Notes under the pieces: generated by a model
What the model saw: only the letters and a program-made list of their open reading frames with translations
What the model was told of the DNA's origin: nothing
The model's database searches: none
Program-made: the position numbers and the translations under genes
DNA from: Prochlorococcus sp. AG-347-I19
GTDB lineage: Bacteria > Cyanobacteriota > Cyanobacteriia > PCC-6307 > Cyanobiaceae
Direction of reading: 5' to 3'
Assembly: GCA_003279105.1 (NCBI GenBank)
Contig: QCBO01000002.1
Span: 40,770 to 104,769, forward strand
DNA length: 64,000 bases
Part shown: piece by piece, positions 51,181 through 62,980 of the stretch
Numbering within the stretch: position 1 is the first letter of the stretch
Layout: every line of letters starts with the position of its first letter

Positions 51181-54090
51181 ATGAAATCTCAAAATAGCAA
51201 AGAACAAAAATCAGACTTTTCTTATAAAGAAACTTTAAATTTATTAAAAACTGACTTCTCAATGCGCGCAAATTCAGTTGTAAGAGAACCTGAGATACAG
51301 AATTTTTGGGCTAATAATGATATTGATTTCCAATTAGGATCAAACAATTCAGGCGAAATATTTACATTACATGATGGCCCTCCTTATGCAAATGGAGCTC
51401 TTCATATGGGTCATGCCCTTAATAAGGTTTTAAAAGACATAATTAATAAGTACAAAACCTTAAGAGGATTTAGGGTTCATTTCGTACCTGGTTGGGACTG
51501 TCATGGTTTACCTATTGAATTAAAAGTTCTTCAGAATTTAAAATCTGATGAAAGAAAGAATCTTGACACTCTAAATTTAAGAAAAAAAGCAACAGATTAT
51601 GCCCATATACAAATTAATAATCAAAAGGAGGGTTTCAAAAGGTGGGGCATATGGGGAAATTGGGATAACCCTTACTTAACTCTTAAGAAAAGTTATGAAT
51701 CTGCTCAGATTAGAGTATTTGGGAAAATGTTTTTAAATGGATATATATATCGAGGTCTTAAACCTGTGCATTGGAGTCCAAGTTCGAGGACTGCACTTGC
51801 AGAAGCAGAATTAGAATATCCAGATGAACATTATTCAAAAAGTATTTATGTTTCATTAAAAATTACTAATATATCTGAGCAAATTCTATTAAATTTCAAC
51901 CAAGAAAATCTTAATATCAAAAAAGATTTTTTTCAAAATAATTCTTTCATAACTATTTGGACTACTACTCCTTGGACCATACCTGCAAATGAAGCAGTTG
52001 CAGTAAATCCAAAAATAAAGTACGTTTTTGCTATCGATGATGATGAGAAACGAATTTACCTTTTTGCAAAGGATTTATCTTTTGAAATAAGTAAGAAATT
52101 TAATAAAGATTTCAAGGTGCTTTTAGAGGTTAGAGGTTCTGAATTGGAAAATATTGAATATCAACATCCTACTAAGGATAAAAATTGCAGAATCTTGATT
52201 GGGGGGGATTATATTACGACAGAATCAGGAACTGGAATTGTTCATACTGCACCCGGTCATGGGATAGATGACTTTAATGTCGGGCAAAAATATGATTTAC
52301 CAATTACATGTGTTGTTGATGAAAAAGGGAACTTAAATGAATCTTCTGGACAATTTCAAGGATCCAATGTCCTGAAAGATGCAAATGATTTAATTATTGA
52401 ATATTTAAAAGGAAATAATTTGCTTTTATTACAAGAAAATTATAAACATAGATATCCGTATGATTGGAGAACCAAAAAACCAACTATTTTTAGGGCAACA
52501 GAACAATGGTTTGCCTCTGTAAAGGGCTTTAGATCATCTGCATTAAAGGCAATCGAAGATGTTGAATGGATGCCAGAAACTGGAAAGAAAAGAATTTATT
52601 CTATGGTTGTTGGGAGAGGAGATTGGTGTATTTCTAGACAGAGGTCATGGGGTGTACCTATTCCAGTCTTTTATAAAAAAAATGGTAATGATATCCTACT
52701 TAACAACGAGATAATTAATCATATTCAAGAACTTTTTAGTGAACATGGAGCAGATATTTGGTGGGATTGGGATGTTAAGAATCTTTTGCCTGAAAGTTAT
52801 GCAAAAGAATCGGATCAATGGAAAAAAGGGACAGATACAATGGATGTTTGGTTCGATTCAGGATCTAGCTGGGCCGCAGTATGTGAACTAAGAAGTGAAT
52901 TAAAGTATCCAGCAGATCTTTATTTAGAGGGCTCAGATCAACATCGAGGATGGTTTCAGTCTTCTTTGCTAACATCTGTTGCAGTCAATAATATACCTCC
53001 CTATAAGAAAGTTTTAACTCATGGTTTTGCACTCGATGAAAATGGAAGAAAAATGAGTAAATCTTTAGGAAATGTTGTTGACCCAAATATAATTATTAAT
53101 GGAGGTAATAATAAAAAAACTGATCCTGCTTATGGTGCTGATGTTTTAAGGCTATGGGTAAGCTCTGTAGATTATTCAGTTGATGTTCCAATTGGTTCAA
53201 ATATACTCAAGCAACTTTCAGACGTTTATAGAAAAGTCCGTAATACTGCAAGATATCTTCTGGGCAATATTCATGATTATGATCCTAATGTTGATAGTTT
53301 TGAAATTGATCAATTGCCTCTCTTAGATCAATGGATGTTAGGCAGACTAGTTGAGGTTACAGATGAAATATCAAATGCTTATGAAAATTATGAATTTTCA
53401 AAATTTTTCCAAATCTTGCAAAGTTTTTGCGTTGTAGATCTATCAAATTTTTATTTAGATATTGCGAAGGATAGGTTGTATGTAAGTTCTAAATCACAAT
53501 TTAGGAGAAGATCATGTCAGTATGTCATGTCAAAAGTTGTTGAAAATTTAGCCGTACTTATTTCTCCAGTGCTTTGTCATATGGCTGAAGATATTTGGCA
53601 AAATCTACCATATTCAACTAAAGAAAAATCAGTTTTTCAAAGAGGATGGCCAATATTTTCGCAGTCATGGAAAAATCAAATACTTAATGAACACATTGCA
53701 AATTTAAGAAATTTGAGAGTTGAAATTAACAAGGCTATAGAAGGATGTAGAAACAAACAAATAATTGGAGCAGCTTTGGAAACTGAAGTTAATTATTTAC
53801 CTGAAGATAAAGTTCTAAAAGATTCACTTACTTGGCTAAAAGAATTTGGAAATCAAGATGTAGATTTATTTAGAGATTGGCTTATAGTATCAAACTTCCA
53901 AGTGGTATCTGATTTAGTGGAAAATTCTCTAATTATTGATAACAATGCACTTGGAAAAATACAGATATTAAAAGCTCAAGGTCAAAAATGTGATAGATGT
54001 TGGCATTATCAAAAAGAAACTTTTATTGGAATACAAAATACAAAATTATGCAAAAGATGTTCAAACATTATTAATTTTGAATTTATTTAA
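51181..54090 (+). CDS. ileS: Isoleucyl-tRNA synthetase
   Basis: [58 protein letters not shown]-terminal Zn finger CDRC...C..C. Confidence 0.99.
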   Translation: MKSQNSKEQKSDFSYKETLNLLKTDFSMRANSVVREPEIQNFWANNDIDFQLGSNNSGEIFTLHDGPPYANGALHMGHALNKVLKDIINKYKTLRGFRVHFVPGWDCHGLPIELKVLQNLKSDERKNLDTLNLRKKATDYAHIQINNQKEGFKRWGIWGNWDNPYLTLKKSYESAQIRVFGKMFLNGYIYRGLKPVHWSPSSRTALAEAELEYPDEHYSKSIYVSLKITNISEQILLNFNQENLNIKKDFFQNNSFITIWTTTPWTIPANEAVAVNPKIKYVFAIDDDEKRIYLFAKDLSFEISKKFNKDFKVLLEVRGSELENIEYQHPTKDKNCRILIGGDYITTESGTGIVHTAPGHGIDDFNVGQKYDLPITCVVDEKGNLNESSGQFQGSNVLKDANDLIIEYLKGNNLLLLQENYKHRYPYDWRTKKPTIFRATEQWFASVKGFRSSALKAIEDVEWMPETGKKRIYSMVVGRGDWCISRQRSWGVPIPVFYKKNGNDILLNNEIINHIQELFSEHGADIWWDWDVKNLLPESYAKESDQWKKGTDTMDVWFDSGSSWAAVCELRSELKYPADLYLEGSDQHRGWFQSSLLTSVAVNNIPPYKKVLTHGFALDENGRKMSKSLGNVVDPNIIINGGNNKKTDPAYGADVLRLWVSSVDYSVDVPIGSNILKQLSDVYRKVRNTARYLLGNIHDYDPNVDSFEIDQLPLLDQWMLGRLVEVTDEISNAYENYEFSKFFQILQSFCVVDLSNFYLDIAKDRLYVSSKSQFRRRSCQYVMSKVVENLAVLISPVLCHMAEDIWQNLPYSTKEKSVFQRGWPIFSQSWKNQILNEHIANLRNLRVEINKAIEGCRNKQIIGAALETEVNYLPEDKVLKDSLTWLKEFGNQDVDLFRDWLIVSNFQVVSDLVENSLIIDNNALGKIQILKAQGQKCDRCWHYQKETFIGIQNTKLCKRCSNIINFEFI

Positions 54091-54422
54091 ATCCAGTTTT
54101 TTTGATTCAAAAAGAAAACTGAGTTTTCATTTTCTCTTATAAAATTTTCTCCGGCCTCTGTTAACGGTGCTTTATAAAGTTTAAAATTCTTAATGATATA
54201 ATTTAGTGCTATTACTTTTTTTTCTGAATCTATTTCAATTGGATGCGTTGTTGAGCTACTGAAACCTCTGAAAATAATTATTTCTAATTGTTCTTTTTGA
54301 TTTTCTTTTTGAATGAAACCCTCTAGTTTGAGTATCCTATCAGGTATCTTGGAACTGATTTTTTCAAGGCTATTTATTAAATCAATTTTTGCCATTTTCT
54401 GAGAAGTAAGAGTTTCTTCCAT
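54087..54422 (-). CDS. Conserved hypothetical protein
   Basis: [13 protein letters not shown] motif seen in cyanobacterial/plastid hypotheticals; start may be ATG 54395. Confidence 0.7.
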   Translation of the reverse strand: MEETLTSQKMAKIDLINSLEKISSKIPDRILKLEGFIQKENQKEQLEIIIFRGFSSSTTHPIEIDSEKKVIALNYIIKNFKLYKAPLTEAGENFIRENENSVFFLNQKNWI

Positions 54423-55005
54423 TTTTAGGTAATTTGATTATTGACCATTGAATAAGGCCTAAAATATATATTAGTAATGAAAATAATCCTAAGAATTTTG
54501 CTATCGGCTGAGTAAAGTTAGCTCCAAAGAAAAAATTAAATAAATTTTTTAAAATAAGATATAAATTTGAAGAAGGCTGAAGCCATATTGCACACGCATC
54601 GGAACTAATAAAAGAAAAGCAGTTAAAGTTTTGTAAACTTTGAATTAAGAAATTGAGAGATATAAAAGTTATCGTCCATCTCCAAATTTTTGTCGTTGTG
54701 GTGAGAGAGTAAGAAAAATCATATTCTCTTAACTCATCATTAATATCGTTCCAAAACCAAACTGAAACTGTCATTAATAATGTTGAAATATTTGTTATCA
54801 CGAGAGCATAATTATATTTACCTATTAAAAGAAGAAGGCTTATAAAAAATAAAAGAGATATTTTCCAATAAATTGAAAGAAGTTTATTAACTGCTTTATT
54901 TCTTTTTTTAATTGACCACAAGGATAGAGTAATGGGAATACCAATAAGGAAAATTATTGAAAGTTGAAAGGATAGCCAAATAGAAAGTTGATTAAAAACG
55001 TTCAA
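54382..55005 (-). CDS. DUF3177-family membrane protein
   Basis: IYWKISLL, SVWFWNDINDEL, FGAN, Q.....LPK.GR pattern. Confidence 0.75.
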   Translation of the reverse strand: MNVFNQLSIWLSFQLSIIFLIGIPITLSLWSIKKRNKAVNKLLSIYWKISLLFFISLLLLIGKYNYALVITNISTLLMTVSVWFWNDINDELREYDFSYSLTTTTKIWRWTITFISLNFLIQSLQNFNCFSFISSDACAIWLQPSSNLYLILKNLFNFFFGANFTQPIAKFLGLFSLLIYILGLIQWSIIKLPKNGRNSYFSENGKN

Positions 55006-55127
55006 AACTTTTTCTTTTTAAACACATAATAATTAAACATCAAACTGTTACTTTTGAACTTACTATTGTCATAGTTATGAATATTATGCATCCTTATATT
55101 ATTGCCTAAAAATATATTAATAATTGT

Positions 55128-55757
55128 ATGAGACAGCATGTTAATCCGCTTAGTAGTAATTTTAATCAGATTGAGAGAATTCCTTCTTTGAGCGACATGT
55201 TTGGAAATTCTAAATTGAATCTTCATTTGGATATAGGTTGTGCTGCAGGTGAGTTTCTATTCGATTTAGCTTTAGTTAATACCAGTTGGAATTATTTGGG
55301 AATTGAAATTCGTGAGAAATTAGTTAAAAATGCTAAATTAAAAGTGATTGAAAAAGAAATCAAAAATCTATATTTTTTATTTGGTAATGCTAATAATATT
55401 TTGAATGATGTCCAAAGTAAATTCATTATCAAAAATCTAAAAAGTATTTCTTTTAATTTTCCTGATCCATGGTTTAAAAAGAGACATTTTAAAAGGCGTG
55501 TAATTCAACCAGAATTTATTAATATTCTCTCAAATTCATTACAAAAAGGGACTCTGATTTTTATAAAAACAGATGTAAAGGATCTATTCGATTACATGGA
55601 TAGCACTATATCGAGTAATTTTTATTTTAAAAAAATAGATAAAAAAGATTTTAATTATTCCGAAAGTTTTAATCCAAGTAAAGTAAAAACTAATCGTGAA
55701 AAGTATGTAATTGTTAACCAACTTGAAATTTTTGAAAGGATTTATATAAAAAATTGA
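55128..55757 (+). CDS. trmB: tRNA (guanine-N7)-methyltransferase
   Basis: [43 protein letters not shown]. Confidence 0.95.
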   Translation: MRQHVNPLSSNFNQIERIPSLSDMFGNSKLNLHLDIGCAAGEFLFDLALVNTSWNYLGIEIREKLVKNAKLKVIEKEIKNLYFLFGNANNILNDVQSKFIIKNLKSISFNFPDPWFKKRHFKRRVIQPEFINILSNSLQKGTLIFIKTDVKDLFDYMDSTISSNFYFKKIDKKDFNYSESFNPSKVKTNREKYVIVNQLEIFERIYIKN

Positions 55758-55764
55758 TTACTTG

Positions 55765-57117
55765 TTAGTTAATTATTTTGTTAATTTCTAAAAAGAGTTT
55801 GTCTGTTATTTCGCTCGATAAGGAATTAACCTCTTCATGATTTTTGGCTTCAACTAGAACTCTAATTAAAGGTTCTGTCCCACTTGTCCTTATATAAACT
55901 CTACAATTATCCGAATATAATGCCTGAAAATTTTCTATAGTTTGATCGATTAAGAATTTGGTTTTTGGATTTAATTTTTTAATGTTAAAATTTAATTTGA
56001 TATTGGTTAGTTTTTGAGGAAGAGGTTCGAAACTACTTTTAAGCCAGTCATTTAAATTAATATTTTTCACTTTACAATATTTAGAAATTTGAAGTGCAGT
56101 CAATATCCCATCTCCGGAAAAGTTATTAATTTTTGAAAGTATATGACCTGACTGCTCCCCTCCTAAATCAGCTCTTTTTTCCTTAATTGCGTCATGTACA
56201 TATTTATCTCCTACGTTAGTTCTATGTAAAATTCCTCCAATTTTCTCCCAAGCACTTTCAAAACCTAAGTTTGCCATTTGCGTTGATATTAATAAATTAT
56301 TTGTCAGCATTTTTTGTTCCATTAGCTCTCTGCCCCAAAGAAAAAGAATGTGATCTCCATCTAAAACATTACCTTTAGAATCCATTCCAATTACTCTATC
56401 GGCATCTCCATCAAAGCTAAAACCCATATCTGCAGGATTCTCTCTTAATGCTTTTTTTAATGGTTCGAGGTTAGTAGAACCACAATTCATATTAATTTTC
56501 AAACCATTATTAGTGTTATTGATAACTCTTACTTCAGCACCAAGAGCCTGAAAAATTTTTTTTGCGCAGGTTGTCGCTGATCCATAGCATGTGTCTAAAA
56601 TTATTTTCAACCCACTTAGATTTTCTCCACCCATTGTTTGGATAAGGCTTTTAATATAAAAATCCATGAGATCTTTATTTGTTTTTAGAGGGATCACTTT
56701 TTTAGGAACTGATATATTTTGATTCGACTCTTCAATTAATTTTTGAATTTTATTTTCTATAGACTTTGTAATTTTTTGCCCATTATGATCAAAAATTTTT
56801 ATGCCATTATATTCTGGTGGATTATGACTTGCAGATATCATGATCCCACTACTAAGATTCTGTTGTTTTATTAGAAAAGGTATTGCTGGGGTAGGGCAGA
56901 TTCCAAGATTTATAAATTTTTTGCCGCTCTCATTTAAGCCTTGTGTTATTGCCTGAAGAAGAATTTCACCACTAATTCTTGTATCTCTTCCAATTAATAT
57001 TGGATTTTTATTCTCTAAAGTCAATCCCAGAGAATATCCTACTTTGTAGGCTAGAGAATAGGTTATCTCTTCATTAAATCTTCCTCTTATTCCATCAGTT
57101 CCAAAGATTGATTGCAT
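55765..57117 (-). CDS. glmM: Phosphoglucosamine mutase
   Basis: [51 protein letters not shown] at 57117 preferred. Confidence 0.94.
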   Translation of the reverse strand: MQSIFGTDGIRGRFNEEITYSLAYKVGYSLGLTLENKNPILIGRDTRISGEILLQAITQGLNESGKKFINLGICPTPAIPFLIKQQNLSSGIMISASHNPPEYNGIKIFDHNGQKITKSIENKIQKLIEESNQNISVPKKVIPLKTNKDLMDFYIKSLIQTMGGENLSGLKIILDTCYGSATTCAKKIFQALGAEVRVINNTNNGLKINMNCGSTNLEPLKKALRENPADMGFSFDGDADRVIGMDSKGNVLDGDHILFLWGRELMEQKMLTNNLLISTQMANLGFESAWEKIGGILHRTNVGDKYVHDAIKEKRADLGGEQSGHILSKINNFSGDGILTALQISKYCKVKNINLNDWLKSSFEPLPQKLTNIKLNFNIKKLNPKTKFLIDQTIENFQALYSDNCRVYIRTSGTEPLIRVLVEAKNHEEVNSLSSEITDKLFLEINKIIN

Positions 57118-57254
57118 AATTAGATTTAAGGAATCAAGGAATTTATGATAAATATTCATTTCTTATCTTATCAGTTGATTAAAAGCTCATAGATACCAAT
57201 TCTCTTTATTTGTTTAACTTATTTAAAATATTTTTAGTTGATAATTAATTACTA

Positions 57255-57800
57255 GTGGAATCTGAGAGTCAAGAGCAAATTTCAAAAACAAATCTTAAGA
57301 TAATACTAGTTTTGATAATAAGTATTGTTATTATTTCATTCCTTTTATTTAGAAATCTTATTTTTAAATCAACTTATCTTCTAAAAAGTTTTGGAGAATT
57401 ATCTGTTGACCCTCAAATAGCTTTTACAAATAACAAGCCTACATTTCTTGAATTTTATGCTGAGTGGTGTGAGGTTTGCAAAGAAATGGCCCCACAGGTT
57501 TCTGCTTTTAAAGATGAATATGAAAAAGAAATTAATTTTGTTTTTTTAAATGTTGATAATCAAAAATGGGGTAAATATATCCAAAAGTTTGATGTGAACG
57601 GGATTCCTCAAGTTAATCTTTTTGATGAAAAGGGTAATCTAATATCTACACTTATTGGTAAACAAGATGAAATGAAGATAAGAGAATCAATTAATAATTT
57701 AGAAAAAGAAGAGAAACCATATAAGGAAAGTATTAATGCTGAATTTTCAACAATTAAAAAAAATAAAAATAATGTGGTAAATCCTCGTAGTCATGGATAA
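57255..57800 (+). CDS. Membrane-anchored thioredoxin-like protein (TxlA type)
   Basis: N-terminal TM helix, EFYAEWCEVC, FVFLNVDN.KW, V.GIP. GTG start. Confidence 0.85.
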   Translation: MESESQEQISKTNLKIILVLIISIVIISFLLFRNLIFKSTYLLKSFGELSVDPQIAFTNNKPTFLEFYAEWCEVCKEMAPQVSAFKDEYEKEINFVFLNVDNQKWGKYIQKFDVNGIPQVNLFDEKGNLISTLIGKQDEMKIRESINNLEKEEKPYKESINAEFSTIKKNKNNVVNPRSHG

Positions 57801-57803
57801 TTT

Positions 57804-58436
57804 TTACCATTCTAAAGATTTTGATACAATCGGAAAACTTTGTTTAAAAATAGACTTGCAATTTTCGGCAATAGACTTATGTTCTTTTTGGGTGCCGTGA
57901 GCTGATCTTAAATGAATATAATGGATCCAAGATCTGCAAGAACCAGACATATAGATTCTTGTAGGAGTTGCTAAAGGTAAAACAAATCTCGCACATTCTT
58001 TTGCTACCCCTTCAGCAAGTAAATCTTCATATAATTCTGAAGCAGCTTGAAAATGTAAACCAATTTTTTTATTGAATCTTTTTTGTAACTCATCAGGGAG
58101 ATCAGGGATTGAATTTTGCCTATTTTTAAAATCTTGACGCCTTAACTCTGGTAAGGGAATATTACCCAATTGAGAACTATCTGCATATCTCTGTGAAAAT
58201 TCCTGGAAAGTAAATGATCTATGTCTTAAAATTTGAGCAGCTATTCCTCTGTTAGTTTCAATTTGTAAGGTCATAAATGACTGTTCAAAAACACTCCAAT
58301 GCTCATTTTTAATGCAATAACTCAATAATTTCGAGTAGTCTTCATTATCTTGATTTTTTGGATTACTAACTCTTGCAATATAAGCCATTGTTTTTTCTGC
58401 ATCAGGAGTTAGCGAAATTAGTTCAACTTTACTCAT
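57804..58436 (-). CDS. thyX: FAD-dependent thymidylate synthase
   Basis: EHWSVFEQ, QILRHRSFTFQEFSQRYA, ARFVLP, GTQKEH. Confidence 0.95.
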   Translation of the reverse strand: MSKVELISLTPDAEKTMAYIARVSNPKNQDNEDYSKLLSYCIKNEHWSVFEQSFMTLQIETNRGIAAQILRHRSFTFQEFSQRYADSSQLGNIPLPELRRQDFKNRQNSIPDLPDELQKRFNKKIGLHFQAASELYEDLLAEGVAKECARFVLPLATPTRIYMSGSCRSWIHYIHLRSAHGTQKEHKSIAENCKSIFKQSFPIVSKSLEW

Positions 58437-58437
58437 T

Positions 58438-59031
58438 TTAGATCTTTGCTAGAGTAACTTTCTCTGGTTGGTTTTGATATTTACCTCTTCTATCTTCATA
58501 GGTTGTAGAGCATGGATCACCTTCAAAAAAGAGTAGTTGACAAATACCCTCTTCAGCATAAATTCTGCAATCTGCACCTGAACTATTACTAAACTCTAAA
58601 GTTAGATGACCTTCCCACCCTGCCTCTGCGGGCGTTGTATTAACAATAATCCCGAGTCTTGCGTAAGTGCTTTTGCCTATGCAAATTACAGTTATATTTT
58701 CTGGCACTTTCATCTTTTCTAAAGCAACTCCTAAACCATAGGAGTGAGCAGGAAGAATAAAAAAGTCTCCATCATTATCATGGTGAAGAACAGTTTTCTC
58801 TAAATTATTAGGATTAAACTTTTTGGGGTTCATCACAGTACCCGGGACATGTCTGAAAATTAGGAATTCTTTTGATGAAAGTCTTAAATCATAGCCATAG
58901 GATGAACATCCGTAACTCAAAACTGGCTTTTGTTTATTCTCAGGCTCAAGATGTCTCACCAAATTTGATTGAAAGGGATTTATCATACCTTCCGCAGCTT
59001 TTTGATTTATCCAGAGATCATTTTTTAGCAT
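58438..59031 (-). CDS. dcd: dCTP deaminase
   Basis: SYGCSSYGYDLRL, GKSTYARLGIIVNTTPAEAGWEGHLTLE, YQNQ. Confidence 0.96.
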   Translation of the reverse strand: MLKNDLWINQKAAEGMINPFQSNLVRHLEPENKQKPVLSYGCSSYGYDLRLSSKEFLIFRHVPGTVMNPKKFNPNNLEKTVLHHDNDGDFFILPAHSYGLGVALEKMKVPENITVICIGKSTYARLGIIVNTTPAEAGWEGHLTLEFSNSSGADCRIYAEEGICQLLFFEGDPCSTTYEDRRGKYQNQPEKVTLAKI

Positions 59032-59034
59032 TGT

Positions 59035-59616
59035 TTATGAGCGAAGTTCGGTAATTTGATTAGCCATTAATAATAAATCTTTAGGTATGTCCGTACCAGT
59101 AAGGATTACATCTCCTGATATAAATCGGTTTTCAAGTGTTGAAATCAAATCATCTTTATCGATAATTTTCATATCGATAGCTAAAAGAATTTCATCAAGT
59201 ATGATTTGATCATTCTCTCCAGACTGTAGTTCTCTTTTGCAAAAATTCCATAATTCAATAGTAGATTCATGAATAGATTTTTTTAAATTTTTATTATTTT
59301 CAATTGTTTCAGAATTATATTGATCAAAGGAATGTGATGATCTTACCCATGTTAAATTACCGCATAGCTTTACTGAATTATCAACTCCTTGTTTCACCCC
59401 TCCTTTCATAAATTGTATTAGTAGAACTTTCCTGCCAAGAGCAGCATTTCTCAGAGAGTCTCTAATGATAGATGTGTAGCTACCTCTATATGAAGATTGA
59501 TAGATTTGAATTTGTCCGTTTTGCGAAAATTTTTTTACATTAATTTTGCTTGAAGTATTTGTTTTTACAACATCAAGATTACCTTTTGAATATAGGTTAG
59601 ATGAACTAATTACCAT
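59035..59616 (-). CDS. CobO/BtuR (cob(I)alamin adenosyltransferase)-like protein with degenerate P-loop
   Basis: GRKVLLIQFMKGG, IILDEI, VILTG match the family, but the GxGKGKT loop reads QSSYRGSY. Confidence 0.7.
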   Translation of the reverse strand: MVISSSNLYSKGNLDVVKTNTSSKINVKKFSQNGQIQIYQSSYRGSYTSIIRDSLRNAALGRKVLLIQFMKGGVKQGVDNSVKLCGNLTWVRSSHSFDQYNSETIENNKNLKKSIHESTIELWNFCKRELQSGENDQIILDEILLAIDMKIIDKDDLISTLENRFISGDVILTGTDIPKDLLLMANQITELRS

Positions 59617-59753
59617 TATTTAGATTCTTTCTACATGCAGTATAATTAGAATCTAATGACACTGCATATAGTGTAATTTTACTTAAAAAAGGGTTAAGCA
59701 ATTTGAAACTGATTGAAAAAAGCTTGTTGATAAACAGATAAGAATCGAAAATT

Positions 59754-59795
59754 GTTACTGTTGATACAAGATATTTTATGGTGTCTCCTTAAATT
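59754..59795 (+). promoter_or_regulatory. NtcA-activated promoter of ntcA (autoregulation)
   Basis: TGT-TACTGTTGAT-ACA (TGT-N10-ACA; GTT-N8-TAC at 59754-59767), then 22 nt, then TAAATT (TAN3T) at 59790-59795. This is the canonical NtcA class II spacing. Confidence 0.8.
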
Positions 59796-59815
59796 TTTTA
59801 ATAGTCAAGACATTT

Positions 59816-60550
59816 ATGATACCTGCTTCACGAGGATTCAACCGCTTTAGTTCGCAACATTCCGGACAAAGTAAAATTAACTCTGTTGGAGAACGTTTTC
59901 CAATAAATAGAACTTTAATGGAAGTTATTAAAGGTCTAGATGGTGCAAGCACAGAAATGGTTGAGAGGTCTAAAACAATTTTCTTCCCTGGAGACCCTGC
60001 TGAAAGGGTTTATCTTATAAGAAGAGGAGCAGTAAGACTTTCAAGAGTTTATGAGTCAGGTGAAGAAATAACTGTTGCTCTTTTAAGAGAGAATAGTCTC
60101 TTTGGTGTTTTATCTCTTCTAACAGGCCATAGATCCGATCGTTTTTACCACGCCATAGCATTCACTAGAGTCGAAATGATAACAGCACCTGCAAATTCTG
60201 TTTTAAGAGCCATAGAGGAAGATGCATCAGTCGGACTGTTACTTTTACAGGGACTTTCAAGTAGGATCCTGCAAACAGAAACAATGATAGAAACTCTTAC
60301 ACATAGAGATATGTCTTCTCGTTTAGTAAGTTTTTTAATGGTCCTTTGTAGAGACTTTGGAGTTGCAGGTGAAAAAGGTATTACGATAGATTTAAGGCTT
60401 TCACATCAGGCAATTGCTGAAGCTATTGGCTCTACAAGAGTAACCATTACAAGACTATTGGGAGATTTAAAGGATTCAGGGCTTCTTAATATTGAAAGAA
60501 AAAAGATCACAGTTTTCGATCCAATTGCTCTTGCAAAAAGATTTAATTGA
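59816..60550 (+). CDS. ntcA: Global nitrogen regulator NtcA (CRP family)
   Basis: [46 protein letters not shown]. Confidence 0.98.
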   Translation: MIPASRGFNRFSSQHSGQSKINSVGERFPINRTLMEVIKGLDGASTEMVERSKTIFFPGDPAERVYLIRRGAVRLSRVYESGEEITVALLRENSLFGVLSLLTGHRSDRFYHAIAFTRVEMITAPANSVLRAIEEDASVGLLLLQGLSSRILQTETMIETLTHRDMSSRLVSFLMVLCRDFGVAGEKGITIDLRLSHQAIAEAIGSTRVTITRLLGDLKDSGLLNIERKKITVFDPIALAKRFN

Positions 60551-60589
60551 TTCATCATAATTTATGATGTACTGAGTATATGCAATAGT

Positions 60590-61555
60590 GTGGCTTGGAT
60601 TTTAATTGTTTTTTTAATATTACTAGGGGGATTGATTGCACCATTTGGAGATATTCTTGGAACAAAGATTGGTAAAGCAAGATTTAGTATCTTAAAATTA
60701 AGACCGAAAAAAACAGCAACTATAATAACTATTATTACTGGTGGGTTTATTAGTTCAATATCAATAGGGCTATTGATTTTAGTAAGTGAAGAATTCAGAC
60801 AAAGGCTTTTTGTTGATATTCCTTTTTTGCAAAAAACTTTAGATGAAAGTAAAAAGGCTTTAATCCCTTTACTTGAAGAACAAAAGGAACTAGAAGGTAA
60901 AATTATTCAAAAAGAAAAGGAGTTAAATCAATTAAAAAATAATATTAATGAATTTAGGAGAGGAAATATTGTTATTAAAAGAGGACAAACTTTATTTATA
61001 GCTGAAATCAACTCTAGCTCAAATGTAAAACTAGACTTTACAAAAATCTACAATGAAGCTGATAAATTTGTTAAGAAAATTGTAATTCCAGTTAATAAAG
61101 AAGCAAAAAATATTCTTTTGTGGAGACCTAGTGACATAACAAAAATTCAGACAATAACTGCTAAGGGTGGTAACTGGATTTTACTCATCAAATCAGCAAC
61201 AAATGTTTTAAAAGGTGATAACTATGTTTTTGTATCTCCTGATTTATTAGAGAATAAATTTATAGTCAAAAAAGGTGATGTTATTACAAGTTCAATTCTG
61301 GGAGAAAGTGATTTAAATCTTAAATCAATAAATTCAAAAATTAAATCATTGCTTAGAGAAACAAGGGATGAAATTAAGTCAAAAGGATCACAAGTTAGTG
61401 AAATTAAAACAAATCGAAATTTTGTAAAAAAAATTAGGGACTTTCTTCAAGAAAATCAAAATATCAAATTTAAGTTAGAAGTAGTATCTTTGAGAGATAG
61501 TAAAACTATAGAACCCATAGTCGTTGAAATCAATATTTTAAAGATTAAATCTTAA
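60590..61555 (+). CDS. DUF3084-family membrane/coiled-coil protein
   Basis: GGLIA..GD.LG.KIGKAR.S...LRPK.TA N-terminus followed by a coiled coil; GTG start. Confidence 0.8.
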   Translation: MAWILIVFLILLGGLIAPFGDILGTKIGKARFSILKLRPKKTATIITIITGGFISSISIGLLILVSEEFRQRLFVDIPFLQKTLDESKKALIPLLEEQKELEGKIIQKEKELNQLKNNINEFRRGNIVIKRGQTLFIAEINSSSNVKLDFTKIYNEADKFVKKIVIPVNKEAKNILLWRPSDITKIQTITAKGGNWILLIKSATNVLKGDNYVFVSPDLLENKFIVKKGDVITSSILGESDLNLKSINSKIKSLLRETRDEIKSKGSQVSEIKTNRNFVKKIRDFLQENQNIKFKLEVVSLRDSKTIEPIVVEINILKIKS

Positions 61556-61993
61556 ATGCCTAGAGTTATAACTATTGATCCCGGTAAAAGTAAATGCGGC
61601 TTAGTATTAGCCGAAATAAGTGAAAAAAAAGTTTATGAAGCGACTATTCTTAAAAGTGAATTACTTGAGAATTATGTCAGAAATTTAATTGCCGCTGAGG
61701 ACATATCACAAATTATTATTGGCAATGGTACTTCAAGTAAAGAAATTAGAGAGAAACTATATTTTTTTAAAAAAGAAATAATAACTTTTGAGGAAAAAAA
61801 TACTACCTACAGGGCTAAAGCAAGATATTTCGAACTTTTCCCAATTAGTGGTCTGAAGTTTTTAATGCCTAGAGAGGTTTTTATCCTTAATAAAAACCTT
61901 GATGCGATATCAGCTTTGATAATTTTAGAAGATTATTGCAAAATGAAGTTTACCTTGAGTCAAAATATGGATTTTAAAACTTGGCTGAAATAG
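61556..61993 (+). CDS. YqgF/RuvX-like RNase H-fold nuclease
   Basis: IDPGKSKCGLV, IIIGNGT, EKNTT..A..RY, DAISA.IILE. Confidence 0.8.
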   Translation: MPRVITIDPGKSKCGLVLAEISEKKVYEATILKSELLENYVRNLIAAEDISQIIIGNGTSSKEIREKLYFFKKEIITFEEKNTTYRAKARYFELFPISGLKFLMPREVFILNKNLDAISALIILEDYCKMKFTLSQNMDFKTWLK

Positions 61994-62231
61994 TGAACTT
62001 ATATTCATTCCCTGCTTCTAGTGCATAATCTTTTTTCAATAAAAATTTTAATAAGGCATCCTCTATTAATGCTCTTCCCAAAGGTGGATTTACTGTTAAT
62101 AAGCCTTTATTAAAAGACCATGTAAAGGTCCACTTAAATTGACTAGCTTCCACAATCCCCTGAATTTGCTTTTTTGAGAAGCAATATTCTTTAACACTTA
62201 CATTGGCAATCGTTTCAGGTCTTGAACGCAT
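61974..62231 (-). CDS. DUF3146-family protein
   Basis: PETIA.V, G.VEA..F.W.F.W.F..G.L.V.P.LGRALI, DY.LE.G..Y.FTI.AKF. Confidence 0.78.
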   Translation of the reverse strand: MRSRPETIANVSVKEYCFSKKQIQGIVEASQFKWTFTWSFNKGLLTVNPPLGRALIEDALLKFLLKKDYALEAGNEYKFTISAKF

Positions 62232-62234
62232 TTC

Positions 62235-62837
62235 TTAAGGTTGGTCTTTATCAAAAGAATTTAATTCATTTATTATATATTCTTCTTTTTTAGTATTTAG
62301 TTGTTCGAGGGATTCTATTACTCTCCTGTATACTTTATCCAATATTGATTTTTCTTCAGGAGAAATATTTCCTAATACATGAGAAATGGTATTGAAATGA
62401 TTTTTCCCTTTTACTAAGGGAGGTGTCCCAATACCAATTCTTATTCTCTTGAAGTTTTCTGTCTGCAATTGTTCAATTATGCTTTTAAGTCCGTTATGTC
62501 CACCTGAGCTTCCTTTTCTTCTAAATCTTATTTTTCCAAGGGGAAGATCTTTATCATCCACTATTATGAAAATTTGATCTAAATTTATTTTGTACCAATC
62601 AACTATTGCTCTGACAGCATCACCACTATTATTCATAAAAGTATTTGGTAAAAATAATCTGAAAGTAGAATCATTGATTTGAAATTCTGAGCAGGAACTT
62701 TTAAGCTTATCTTTTAATAAAAAATTTGAATTATATTTTTTCGAGAGATTTTCAAGCAGTAAAAAACCAATATTGTGTCTACTTTTTGAGTACTTTTTTC
62801 CAGGATTTCCTAATCCAATTAAAAATATTTCATTCAT
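62235..62837 (-). CDS. pth: Peptidyl-tRNA hydrolase
   Basis: GLGNPG..Y..SRHNIGF, TFMNNSG, SGGHNGLKSI, RIRIGIG. Confidence 0.97.
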   Translation of the reverse strand: MNEIFLIGLGNPGKKYSKSRHNIGFLLLENLSKKYNSNFLLKDKLKSSCSEFQINDSTFRLFLPNTFMNNSGDAVRAIVDWYKINLDQIFIIVDDKDLPLGKIRFRRKGSSGGHNGLKSIIEQLQTENFKRIRIGIGTPPLVKGKNHFNTISHVLGNISPEEKSILDKVYRRVIESLEQLNTKKEEYIINELNSFDKDQP

Positions 62838-62980
62838 GGTAAATTTCTCAATTTTTTTATTGAGAATAATAAATATATAGAAAACTATAACCTAGTTAAT
62901 CAAAACAAAAGTTCTAAAAAAAAAGATTATTTAGTAATACTCAAATTATTTGGATAACTTCTTGATAGATTTTTAGAACT

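Noticed and set aside
58140-58240. ThyX motif variant RHRSFTFQEFSQRY (Thr instead of Ser)
   Set aside because: The catalytic Ser in SQRY and the RHR are intact; this looks like ordinary family variation.
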